64,000 nt of DNA from an uncultured delta proteobacterium (GTDB taxonomy: Bacteria; Myxococcota_A; Polyangia; Polyangiales; Polyangiaceae). Below the pieces are notes generated by a model. The model ran no database searches, was not told the origin of the DNA, and saw nothing but the letters and a program-made list of their open reading frames with translations. This document shows, piece by piece, positions 25,065-33,948 of the stretch (position 1 is its first letter; each line of letters starts with the position of its first letter). The stretch covers positions 960,001 through 1,024,000 of the forward strand of contig CAVOKF010000004.1 of assembly GCA_963696385.1 (NCBI GenBank), read 5' to 3'. The position numbers and the translations under genes are program-made.

Positions 25065-26183
25065 ATGGACGAAACGTACGAAACGAACCGCAGAATCCGC
25101 TACGCCGTGATCGGTCTCGGCAACATCGCGCAGGTGGCCATTTTGCCCGCCTTCGAGCACGCCAAACACAACTCGGAACTGGTCGCACTCGTCTCGTCGA
25201 ATCCGGAGAAGCTCACGGTGCTCGCGAAGAAGTACGAGATCGAGCACACCGGAAGTTACGACTCCGTCGAGGCGGTGCTTCGCGAATCCAAAGCCGATGC
25301 CGTCTATATTGCTCTTCCGAACGCGATGCATCGCTCCATGACCGAGCGCGTCGCCGCCGTTGGCGTGCACGTGCTTTGCGAAAAACCCATGGCCATGACC
25401 GTGGAAGACTGCGAGGCCATGGTTGCGGCGACGCGCGCCGAAAACGTCAAGCTCATGATCGCCTATCGCCTGCACTTCGAAAAGGCGAACCTCACGGCAA
25501 TCGAGCGCGTCCGAAAGGGCGAAATCGGCGAGCCACGCCTGTTCACGTCGACGTTCTGCCAGCAGGTCCGAGAGGGCGACGTTCGGACGCGCGCCCGCGC
25601 CGGGGGCGGTGCGGCATACGACATGGGTGTATATTGCATCAACGCCGCGCGCAATCTGTTCCGGGAAGAGCCCACGCAAGTCCTCGCAATCCAAGTGCGT
25701 GACTCGGGCGATCGTTTCCAGGGAGTGGACGAAGCCACGACGGCGATCCTGCGCTTTTCCGGCGGACGAGTTGCGCAGTTTACGGCGAGCCAAGGGGCTG
25801 CCGACGTTGCCGAATACCGCGTTGTCGGCACCAAGGGCGACATCCGACTCGATCCAGCCTACGGCTACCGGTCGGAGCTCAGGGAGTACGTGACGGTCGG
25901 CGAAAGGACCGATCACACGTCGTATTCGAATCGCGACCAATTTGCGCCCGAGCTCATTCACTTTTCGAACGCGATTCTCACGGACACCGAGCCAGAACCT
26001 TCAGGGGAAGAGGGGCTCTGCGACGTGCGCGTGCTTCGCGCCATCGAAGCGTCCGCGCGCACCGGTCAGCGTGTGAGCTTGGCGCCCTACGAGCGCGACG
26101 ATCGACCGAGCCTGCGGCTCGAGACGAGATTGCCTCCTGTCGGCAAGGTGCGACCGGTCGACGCGCCCTCGCCGAGCAAGTAA
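25065..26183 (+). CDS. Gfo/Idh/MocA-family oxidoreductase (GFOR-like)
   Basis: YAVIGLGNIA, VYIALPN, HVLCEKPMA, LMIAYRLHF, YDMGVYCIN; aggaggg RBS. Confidence 0.9.
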   Translation: MDETYETNRRIRYAVIGLGNIAQVAILPAFEHAKHNSELVALVSSNPEKLTVLAKKYEIEHTGSYDSVEAVLRESKADAVYIALPNAMHRSMTERVAAVGVHVLCEKPMAMTVEDCEAMVAATRAENVKLMIAYRLHFEKANLTAIERVRKGEIGEPRLFTSTFCQQVREGDVRTRARAGGGAAYDMGVYCINAARNLFREEPTQVLAIQVRDSGDRFQGVDEATTAILRFSGGRVAQFTASQGAADVAEYRVVGTKGDIRLDPAYGYRSELREYVTVGERTDHTSYSNRDQFAPELIHFSNAILTDTEPEPSGEEGLCDVRVLRAIEASARTGQRVSLAPYERDDRPSLRLETRLPPVGKVRPVDAPSPSK

Positions 26184-26254
26184 GCCGGCCTAAAGCCGGC
26201 CTAACGGAGGCGGCGCGAGCGAGCCGGTGCGGCAGATTCACGAATGCATCTACG

Positions 26255-26536
26255 ACAACGGTCGCGACGACGATTTGCGGGATGGAATCGGTCGACAAGC
26301 TCCGCGCCAACCTGAAGATCGCACAGGGCTTCGAGGCGATGAGCGCGGACCGCATGCAGCAGCTGCGCGACCGATGCCGCTCGACGGCGGCCCACGGGCG
26401 TTTCGAGCTCTGCAAAGTGTCGCTCGCGTTCGACAATCCTGAGGCGCGCGAGGCGCACGGATTTCCAATCGATCCGACGCAGAAGGAAGTCAAGGAGCTG
26501 CTCGATCACTCAACCGGCGCGGACAAACCGCTCTGA
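26255..26536 (+). pseudogene. Aldo/keto reductase C-terminal remnant
   Basis: VATTICGMESVDKLRANLKIA.GF..M...GRFE..K resembles AKR C-termini; N-terminal barrel absent. Confidence 0.55.
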
Positions 26537-27493
26537 CGTACGCGAGGGCTTTGCGTTAGGCGGGTTGGCCCTCTTCACGTCCTTCGAAGCATTCGCAGCG
26601 CGCACGCCCTTCTTTTCTTCAATGCTCTTTTTCAAGAGCGACAACAGATCGACGACATTGGTTCGCTGCGGCCGGCGCCGAGGGGCAAGGTCGACTTTTC
26701 CGGTCGTTGCCTTCTTTTCGATGAGCGCGAGCAGCTCGTCACGATAGGTGTCCTTGTATTTGTCAGGCTCCCATTCTGCGCGCATCGATTCGACGAGGTC
26801 CTCGGCCATGGCGAGCTCGCGCGCAGTCGTCTTCGCCTGCGGGGGGGCCCCGTTGGACAAGCCTGCGCCACTCGCGGCGCGAAGCTCGTGAGCGAAGCGC
26901 AGTATCTCGAGGCGGAGCGTCTTCTTCTCTGGGTAAAGCGCGCATATTCTTTGCCGCGTCCGGAATACGAACATGCCGATCGCCGCCACTCGTTTCCTTT
27001 CGAGTGCATCGCAAAAGAGCGCGTACGCCTTTTCACCGTGCTTTCCAGGCGAAACGAAATAAGGCGTCTCGAAGAAGGCGGGTGAGATCGCGCTCAAGTC
27101 GACGAAGTCTTGAAGATCGATCGTCTGGGTCGCCTCGACGTTCGCCGCCTTGAAATCGTCGTCGTCGACGACCACGTACTGGCCTGGGGCGTATTCGTAC
27201 CCACGCACGATGTCTGCCCAGGCGACCGCTTTTCCTGTCGATGCGTTCACGCGTTCATATTTGATCGGCGATTGATCGTGCCTGTCGAGCTGGTGAAAGT
27301 GCAACTCACTTTGCTGCTCCGCCGTGTGCAACGTCACAGGGATTTGCAGGAGTCCGAAACTGATCGAGCCCGACCACAGCGCGCGTCTCGTCTCGCTTTC
27401 TGCCTTCCCCGTCGCGTCCCGCGATGCCGCTCCTTTCGCCCGGCGACCCGTCTTGGGGCGGGAACCGTTTTCTCGTGCCTGTTGGTCTGCCAT
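26510..27493 (-). CDS. ku: Ku non-homologous end-joining protein
   Basis: RALWSGSISFGLLQIPV, IVRGYEY, FETPYF, EKAYAL, YKDTYRDEL, NVVDLLSLLKKS. Confidence 0.95.
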   Translation of the reverse strand: MADQQARENGSRPKTGRRAKGAASRDATGKAESETRRALWSGSISFGLLQIPVTLHTAEQQSELHFHQLDRHDQSPIKYERVNASTGKAVAWADIVRGYEYAPGQYVVVDDDDFKAANVEATQTIDLQDFVDLSAISPAFFETPYFVSPGKHGEKAYALFCDALERKRVAAIGMFVFRTRQRICALYPEKKTLRLEILRFAHELRAASGAGLSNGAPPQAKTTARELAMAEDLVESMRAEWEPDKYKDTYRDELLALIEKKATTGKVDLAPRRRPQRTNVVDLLSLLKKSIEEKKGVRAANASKDVKRANPPNAKPSRTSERFVRAG

Positions 27494-27859
27494 CGGAAGC
27501 GTCTCCTCGGGATTCCCTGGGTCATAGCGGGAGCATCTGCCGTTTCCCTCTTTTTTTAGCATGGTCACCGTTACGCGAATCGCATCAACAAGGATGAATG
27601 CGGCGAAAAGGGACAGATGAGGCATTTTTGAACACACCCCATTGGCCACGACATTCTCGACGTCAACGGGCACGCGTGCGACGGCTTATCCCACCAGGCG
27701 CCCTTGCCCCCGCGCACGCGGTTCGATGGGGCGGCACATTTGGAGCGACTCGTTCGCCGGCCGTTGGCGATGCCGCAAGACCCGGCGGGATGGGCCTGAC
27801 TGAAGAGTCGGCCTGAGTGCCGCGATCGTATCGGTCTTTTTTATGCTTTAGCGATCGTC

Positions 27860-28342
27860 GTGTGGCGAACGGCGACCGGCCTCTTGTTGACTTGCCCCCT
27901 CTTGGCGTGTGGCGGGTCCGTGCCTCATCCCCCGTATGCCACTCAAGCGACGGCCTCACTTACAGCGATTTCCTTGGGTCCTCCGCCAGGAAGAATCGAG
28001 GTCGTTCCGAAACGGCCTGCCCGAGCGGACGCGTGGGTCGACGGTGAATGGGTTCTGCGCCACGGACGCTGGTATTGGCTTCTGGGCCGCTGGGTTCAGA
28101 CACCGGTGGGCGCCCGATACGCGCCCTGGGTCGTGGTTCGCGCGTTGGATGGGACGCCTTTTTATGCACCCAGCTTCTGGCAGGACTCAAAGGGCAGGGC
28201 TTTGCCGCCGCCCCCTGCGTTGGCGTACGCGAAAGCCAACGGGCAGGCCGTATTCGACCCCGAAGGAGAAGCCGTGCCCACCGGACGGAACGTCGAGACG
28301 ATTCCCCAGCCCGCAGGCCCGAGTGACTCCTCGCCTCGATGA
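27860..28342 (+). CDS. Lipoprotein with YXWGXW-like Trp-rich repeat
   Basis: LLAC lipobox; PPPGRIEVVP..P...AWVDGEW...RWYW..GRW. Confidence 0.7.
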   Translation: MWRTATGLLLTCPLLACGGSVPHPPYATQATASLTAISLGPPPGRIEVVPKRPARADAWVDGEWVLRHGRWYWLLGRWVQTPVGARYAPWVVVRALDGTPFYAPSFWQDSKGRALPPPPALAYAKANGQAVFDPEGEAVPTGRNVETIPQPAGPSDSSPR

Positions 28343-28398
28343 TCCGCGACCTCGGCACGCGCGAGGCACTCGGTCGGCCCGCGACGGCATATTGTGGC

Positions 28399-28920
28399 TC
28401 AGCGCCGACCCTTTCGTTTGGATCGGGGGCACACGTTGTTGCAGGCGCCTCGCGGGTTCAGATTCTCAGGCCCGGCTCGCCGATTGGGCGAAGACGCGGC
28501 AAGGACCTTGCGGAGCTCGACCCTGTGGATGACCCACCGGCGAACCGGCACCGAGACGACCCAATGGACGAGGCTGAGCCCCGTGGAGCGAAGCGCCTCG
28601 GACCAAAACGAGGGTCGCTCCGATTGGAGCCCCCGACCGGGACGGCCCCAGAGGCTGACGATTCGCTGCCATCGGTCACGGCGGCGGCCCGCACGCGCCA
28701 TGGCGATGCTGTGGGCGGCGACTCCAACGACGGCAGTAGCGACCATGCCAACGGCGACGACCCCGCTGACGATCGCGATGTGACGCATGTGAAGTCGAAT
28801 CTGGTGGCCGATGTGGAGTGCGTCGTGTCGCCGCCTGTCGAGCTCTTCGACGGTGTGAAAGAGCTTCGCGCGGACTCGATTGGCCTCCCGGGCGAGGTCG
28901 TTGCGGGATTGATCCTTCAT
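28399..28920 (-). CDS. Hypothetical membrane-anchored protein (DUF3618-like partner of the holin-like gene)
   Basis: ATGA overlap with the upstream gene; LAREANRVRAKLFHTVEELDRR followed by a TM segment. Confidence 0.55.
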   Translation of the reverse strand: MKDQSRNDLAREANRVRAKLFHTVEELDRRRHDALHIGHQIRLHMRHIAIVSGVVAVGMVATAVVGVAAHSIAMARAGRRRDRWQRIVSLWGRPGRGLQSERPSFWSEALRSTGLSLVHWVVSVPVRRWVIHRVELRKVLAASSPNRRAGPENLNPRGACNNVCPRSKRKGRR

Positions 28921-29321
28921 GCGAGTCGCTCCTTGAGCTCTTTGTAGTCGGACTCAAGTCGAGATCGAGTTGCGCCCAACGGGCGCTTCGGCAGCGCCTT
29001 CCATCCCACGATGCCCGCGGTGAGGGAAAGCAGCAGAAGGGTACTGCCCATGACGCACGCAGCCAGCCAGCTGACCGCGAATGCAAGTGCGACCATGACC
29101 AGGAACATCGTGACCGCCAGGACCCCGGTTATCGCCGCCAGTCCCAGAGCGATCCCGGCCATTTTCGCCTGAGCGATCTCTTCGCAAAGTTCCTCGCGTG
29201 CCAGTGCCACTTCCAGCTGCACGAGCTGGCGTGCCTCGTCGAGCGCCACACGGATCAGTTGAGTGGCGCGCTCTGCGTCGGGAGAAGCGGCAGCCGCTTG
29301 GTCTTCGATGTCATCGGTCAT
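28917..29321 (-). CDS. Phage_holin_3_6 / YqjE-like membrane protein
   Basis: LVQLEVALAREEL..E...AG, two TM helices, P..TRSRLESD...LKE. Confidence 0.8.
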   Translation of the reverse strand: MTDDIEDQAAAASPDAERATQLIRVALDEARQLVQLEVALAREELCEEIAQAKMAGIALGLAAITGVLAVTMFLVMVALAFAVSWLAACVMGSTLLLLSLTAGIVGWKALPKRPLGATRSRLESDYKELKERLA

Positions 29322-29482
29322 TGGCCTCGCCTTTCGCTCGTGCCGTTCGGCCGCGCCGTCACGCGCGCGACCGAGCCACGGGGGTAGGGTCGATTTGTCG
29401 AATCGCATTCCGCCGATCCCTGAAGGTCGCGCCGGGGCGCGATCTCACTTGCGGAAAACGCGAATCGGCGCGCACCCCCGGC

Positions 29483-30073
29483 TCATCGCGTTGCTTGTTC
29501 ATCCGGATCCGTCGCAGTCAGGGCGGTCGAAGGTCGCACGCCCGTGGACTGCAAAGCATCGCTCGCGATCCGGAGCAACACGACACCGAACGCGATGAGC
29601 CCCAGGGCAATGAGCGCCCGGGCAATGACTACCGCCGCCGACACGGTTGGAGCCATCGACCCGTCGGAGGGAGCCGCGGTCAAGCCGATGGAGACCGCGA
29701 TCGCGACTGTGACGAGCGCGAGAGCCGCGCTCGACAACCTGATGGCGCACTGCAAACGACGCATCCCGTCCGACGCCGCCGCCCAACCGTTGGATGGAAG
29801 CGCCCGTCGCCAAAAACGCGCGCGCGGGGCCTCCGAATGGGGAGTCTCGGGCGCTCCACTTGAGATGGACGACGACGCGTTGGCCAGTGGCGGCGACGAC
29901 GAGGCCGAGCGCCCCGCGACGAGCGGCGGCGGTCGCGTAGAGACGGGGCCTTTCGGCGGAGGACGGGGAACCGGAGGAAGTCGGATGTTGAGCCGTTGTT
30001 CCTCGGCGAAACCACGGCGCGAGTCGGCGCCATGGGGCGGGTTCCTCGCCGAATCGATGGGGCCTTCGTTCAT
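29483..30073 (-). CDS. Hypothetical protein (Pro-rich N-terminus, two C-terminal TM helices)
   Basis: Open frame with a sigma54 box at 30087-30102 immediately upstream. Confidence 0.55.
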   Translation of the reverse strand: MNEGPIDSARNPPHGADSRRGFAEEQRLNIRLPPVPRPPPKGPVSTRPPPLVAGRSASSSPPLANASSSISSGAPETPHSEAPRARFWRRALPSNGWAAASDGMRRLQCAIRLSSAALALVTVAIAVSIGLTAAPSDGSMAPTVSAAVVIARALIALGLIAFGVVLLRIASDALQSTGVRPSTALTATDPDEQATR

Positions 30074-30370
30074 GCTCGGATTCAACAGCAATTGGCAGGC
30101 CAAGCATGTACCGTCACGGGCTGACCGGCCCTCTCGGCGGTCCCCCCCTAAGCGTAAGCGCAGCCGTCGCTTGAGCCCGCTTTTTTTGCGGGGGGGCACC
30201 GATGCGCCACAGGCCACGAGGATCGACCATAGGCCGGCCGCCCTAGCCCGTTTCTTCTCGCGTCCGTCGGCAAACGGTCGAAGTCCTGGGTCTATCTCGA
30301 CCGTTCACGTGGGCTTACGGCACGGGTGCTGCACGTGCACTCTTCGAGTTCAAGAAAGGAAGAACTTGCC

Positions 30371-30535
30371 ATGTTGTACTGGGCTGCTGTGTTTTTCGTC
30401 ATCGCGATCGGCGCCGCGATTCTCGGTTTCGGAGGCCTCGCGGCGGGAGCCGCAAGCATCGCGAAAATCCTGTTCGTCGTGTTCCTGATCCTTACAGCCG
30501 TTTCCCTGCTCGTCGGGCGGCGGACGGTCGTCTGA
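30371..30535 (+). CDS. DUF1328 (YtjA-like) small membrane protein
   Basis: [35 protein letters not shown]; aagga RBS; sigma54 box at 30318. Confidence 0.92.
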   Translation: MLYWAAVFFVIAIGAAILGFGGLAAGAASIAKILFVVFLILTAVSLLVGRRTVV

Positions 30536-30773
30536 AGGAGAAGCCACCGTCGGCGGCGACATCCCGCACCTAACCGTTGAGAGACGGCCTGGTTGGAGCG
30601 AGGCGTTTGCCGTGGGAAGGACCGTGCGCAGGACGCGGTTTAGCTGGCGAGCGAGAACTTCGGCGCGCAAAGCTCCATGAGAAAGCGCGCGCATACCAAG
30701 TTCATCTTATCGGCGAAAAAGCGTTTTCCGTGCGATCGGCGAAGGCCCGTGACCGCCCGCCAATGGAGGACCG

Positions 30774-31052
30774 ATGGTCTCTGCAGATGACATTCTGGCC
30801 TGCACGGCGATAGGCGTCGCCGCCAGCCTCGGAGGGATGATATGGCCGTTTCGCCGAGGCTTGGTCGGCGTGTTGCTGAACGTCGTCGTGGCGGTCGCCG
30901 GCGCCCTAACCTTGGGTCTGCTGAGTGGTGCGTTGCTGCCTCGCCCCCAGGCGGGCACGACAAGCCTGCCCTTTGCCGCGCTCGGCGCGATCGTCGCCCT
31001 TCTGCTCGCCCACGCGCTATGGAATCGGCAGGTCCGCCAACCCGGAGGCTGA
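30774..31052 (+). CDS. GlsB/YeaQ/YmgE-like small membrane protein
   Basis: ggagga RBS; three hydrophobic segments, NVVVAVAGA, AALGAIVAL. Confidence 0.55.
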   Translation: MVSADDILACTAIGVAASLGGMIWPFRRGLVGVLLNVVVAVAGALTLGLLSGALLPRPQAGTTSLPFAALGAIVALLLAHALWNRQVRQPGG

Positions 31053-31069
31053 GCGCTCCTCTCTCATCG

Positions 31070-31085
31070 CGGCACGCGTATTGCT
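31070..31085 (+). promoter_or_regulatory. Sigma54 -24/-12 promoter, leaderless geometry
   Basis: CGGCACGCGTATTGCT; ATG 14 nt after the conserved C. Confidence 0.75.
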
Positions 31086-31097
31086 CGCTGTGCGCGT

Positions 31098-31451
31098 ATG
31101 AATACCGCACAGGCAGAAAAGCGACCGAAGGATCCGCATTCAAACGGCCGCGCGCGCATCGACAGCCGCGAGTTTGCGCGGCGCGCCAAAGCCGCAGTCG
31201 CCCGATTGCCCTCGACTCTCGACAAGGAGATCCAGGAGAGCCCTTACACTGTGCTCGGCGCGGCGTTCGGCGTCGGAGCGGCAGTGGGCGTGTTGCTGAG
31301 CTCTCGAATCTTGCGAACCGTTCTCGCGAGTGCGGTGTCGTATGCGGCCATCGAGTTCGGGCGGTGGTACCTGGGCGATGCGTTGGAGTCGAGTTGGGGG
31401 GAGGTCGACTCGATTCGGGCAGCGATCGACGAGCGCCCTCGAGAACGCTGA
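31098..31451 (+). CDS. DUF883/ElaB-YqjD-like tail-anchored protein
   Basis: IQESPYTVLGAAFGVGAAVGVLL. Confidence 0.6.
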   Translation: MNTAQAEKRPKDPHSNGRARIDSREFARRAKAAVARLPSTLDKEIQESPYTVLGAAFGVGAAVGVLLSSRILRTVLASAVSYAAIEFGRWYLGDALESSWGEVDSIRAAIDERPRER

Positions 31452-31500
31452 CGGGCCTTATGGAAAAAGGCGGCCGTCTTTCTCAGCACGCGGCGGGTCC

Positions 31501-31990
31501 TCACAATCGCGTCTGGTGTTGGACGAGTTGGGCGTAGACGCCGCCGCGCGCGACGAGTTCGTCGTGCGTCCCAGCCTCAGCCCTTCGGCCACCGTCGACT
31601 ACGTCGATCCGGTCGGCGTTGCGCACGGTGGTCAGCCGATGAGCGATGATGAGGAAAGTCCGCGCCCGCATGACGGTCGCCAGGGCTCGCTGGACGATTG
31701 CCTCGCTCTGTGTCGAGTGCACTCGTGGCCTCGTCGAGAATGAGGACGGTCGGATTTTTGAGCAACGCGCGCGCGATCGACAGCCGCTGCTGCTGTCCGC
31801 CCGACAGGTTGACGCCCCGCTCTCCGATGCGAGTGGCAAGCCCGAATTGCGTAACGAGGAGATCGAAAGCGGACCGGGCTCGCCACGTGTCGCCAGATGG
31901 ATCGGAGGTTGCACATCCGGGTGGGTGTGGAGGAGGACCTCAAAAATCTCGACCGCCCGGGCGGGGCTGATGCCGCTCGCACGTCGCCAC
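31501..31990 (-). pseudogene. MsbA-like ABC transporter ATPase remnant (several frameshifts, N-terminus lost)
   Basis: [38 protein letters not shown] and [13 protein letters not shown]...GTHDELV..GGVYAQL lie in different frames. Confidence 0.85.
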
Positions 31991-32049
31991 TCTCTGGTCC
32001 GGTCCGTAGGCGCGTAAACCCCATCCATCATCGTGAAAGGAAACGTTCG

Positions 32050-32454
32050 ATGAGCTCTATTTCGTCAACCACGGAACATATGGCCGACCGCGCGAAAAGC
32101 GCGGTGAAAGTGGCTCGCGGTTCGCTGGTCGAACTGGGAACGCAAGTGCTTCGTCTCATGAACAATCTGAGAGAGCGCGAGTCGTACGGTTTGCTTTTGC
32201 GCGGCCTCGGACGGCGCCGCGCACCGAGCCCTCTCTCGTCCGTCTTGTGGTTCGTCGCGGGCGCGGCCGCTGCCGGAGGCGCGGCGGTCTTCTTCGGGCC
32301 TCAAGGGCGCCCCTTGCGCGAGAGGATCGGAACCGCCGTGAGCAGTGCTCAGAACCAGGTCACCGCTTACCTTCGTGATACCGAAGCCAAATTGACCCAC
32401 GAAGGGGCCAGGAAAGCCGATAACGAGCCGCTCCACTTCGAAACGGGCCGGTGA
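32050..32454 (+). CDS. YtxH-like small protein
   Basis: gaaagg RBS; FVAGAAAAGGAAVFFGPQGRPLRERI. Confidence 0.55.
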   Translation: MSSISSTTEHMADRAKSAVKVARGSLVELGTQVLRLMNNLRERESYGLLLRGLGRRRAPSPLSSVLWFVAGAAAAGGAAVFFGPQGRPLRERIGTAVSSAQNQVTAYLRDTEAKLTHEGARKADNEPLHFETGR

Positions 32455-32509
32455 CGCCGCCCCCGAGCGCGTTCGCCCACGACCTCGGGGCCTCAGGAAG
32501 CGGTCGCGT

Positions 32510-33778
32510 GTGAGCCGCCCAGGTGGGGCACGTCGTGTGGCAAGCGTGCTCGTTGCGGCGTCGCCGGCCATCTCGGCATCCGCAGGTGGGCAGAACCTGC
32601 TCAACTCGAGCGAGAAACCTTCAACCGCAGCGACGAAGTTGCCTCCAACCGACGGCAAGGACGAGTTTACGCTCGTCCCCGCGGCTGGGGGCAGCACCGA
32701 CATTGGCGTTGCAGTCGGGTACTTCACCGCTTTCACGCGCATTCAAAAGCGGTATATCCCCTACGTCTGGAACCTCGAAAGTGCCGGTCTCGTCTCTTTC
32801 GGTCTCAAGAACGGCAGCGTCGATTTGCCGTACATCGATGTCTACGGCAAGCTCACCGTACCGCGTTTTTTGGAACGTCCGATCGAACTGGAGGTCCGTC
32901 CGTCGTTTACGGACGAGCAAGCGCTGTACTATTACGGCATGGGCAATGTCTCGAGCGACATCGCTCCTCGAGGACAATCGACGACGTATTTCGAATACGG
33001 GCGCATTCATCCGTCTTTTCTCGCCGATGTGAGATTCGCGATCCGCGATCACATCGGCGCGATCACCGGCTTTCGCTATACCGGCAGCTCGCTCGATATT
33101 CCCGCGAGCTCGAGCCTGGCTCAGGCTTTGGTGAGCGGGAGCCCCGAGGTCCGAAGGCTCATCGGTCCAACCGCTCCGAACCTGGTAGCCTTGTTCATTT
33201 ACGGGCTGCAGCTCGATACCCGCGACAGCGAGGTGACCCCGCATTCCGGTACGTTCGACGAGGCAAAGTTCAAGTGGAGCCCCGGCGGCAACGGCATCTT
33301 GCCCTTCCGTTATGGCGAAGCCAGTCTCAACATGCGGGGATACGTGCCGATCGCGAAGCGGGTGACCCTGGCGGGACGGGTCATCGGGGACGTCCTTTTC
33401 GGAAGCCCTCCCTTCGCGGAACGGCCCCGTTTCGAAGACACCTATTTCGGCGGCAACATCCGCGGAGTGCCGGCTCAGCGGTACTACGGGAAGGTGAAGA
33501 TCATCGCGAACATCGAGGCCCGGGCGCGCGTTTTCGACTTCCACGCCTGGTCCAAGCCCATGTCGCTCGGCTTCGCAGCCTTCTTGGACAGCGGGCGTGT
33601 CTAGGCAGACACGAGCGCGCACCCCGAGCTCGACGGAACCGCCGTGGGGCTGAAATACGGGCTGGGCGCAGGCCTTCGGCTCACCTCGGGGACCGCATTC
33701 GTGCTCCGAGCGGATCTAGCCTGGTCACCGGACGCCATGCCCATCGGTGCCTATGTGACGGCCGGCGAGATGTTCTGA
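32510..33778 (+). pseudogene. Omp85/BamA-TamA-family beta-barrel interrupted by an in-frame TAG at 33602-33604
   Basis: LDTRDSEVTPHSG, IRGVPAQRYYG, FLDSGRV*; the same frame continues 57 codons to ...GLRL...TAGEMF* (C-terminal Phe). Confidence 0.85.
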
Positions 33779-33948
33779 CCGAGCGTCGAAGCGATGCCGA
33801 CGGGGATCCTCGCGGAGGGCCATGCCAAGGCCGAACCGAGGGCTTCCATCAATGCGGGAGCTCGGCCTCGCAAGGACGGCGAGCGCAAAGGTCCCGGTTC
33901 GCCGGCACGGATGCCGACATCTCCGGCCCGCGCCTGGTATTCGTGCGC

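Noticed and set aside
26183..26203. Short tandem agccggcctaa repeat
   Set aside because: Two short units at a gene end; probably slippage or a deletion scar.
28917..29321. Prophage, suggested by the holin-like gene
   Set aside because: Phage_holin_3_6/YqjE-like genes are common in stress clusters; no structural, terminase or integrase genes are present.
33602..33604. Genome-wide TAG recoding
   Set aside because: TAG is a normal stop for other genes here (e.g. cysE at 447, SDR at 52934).
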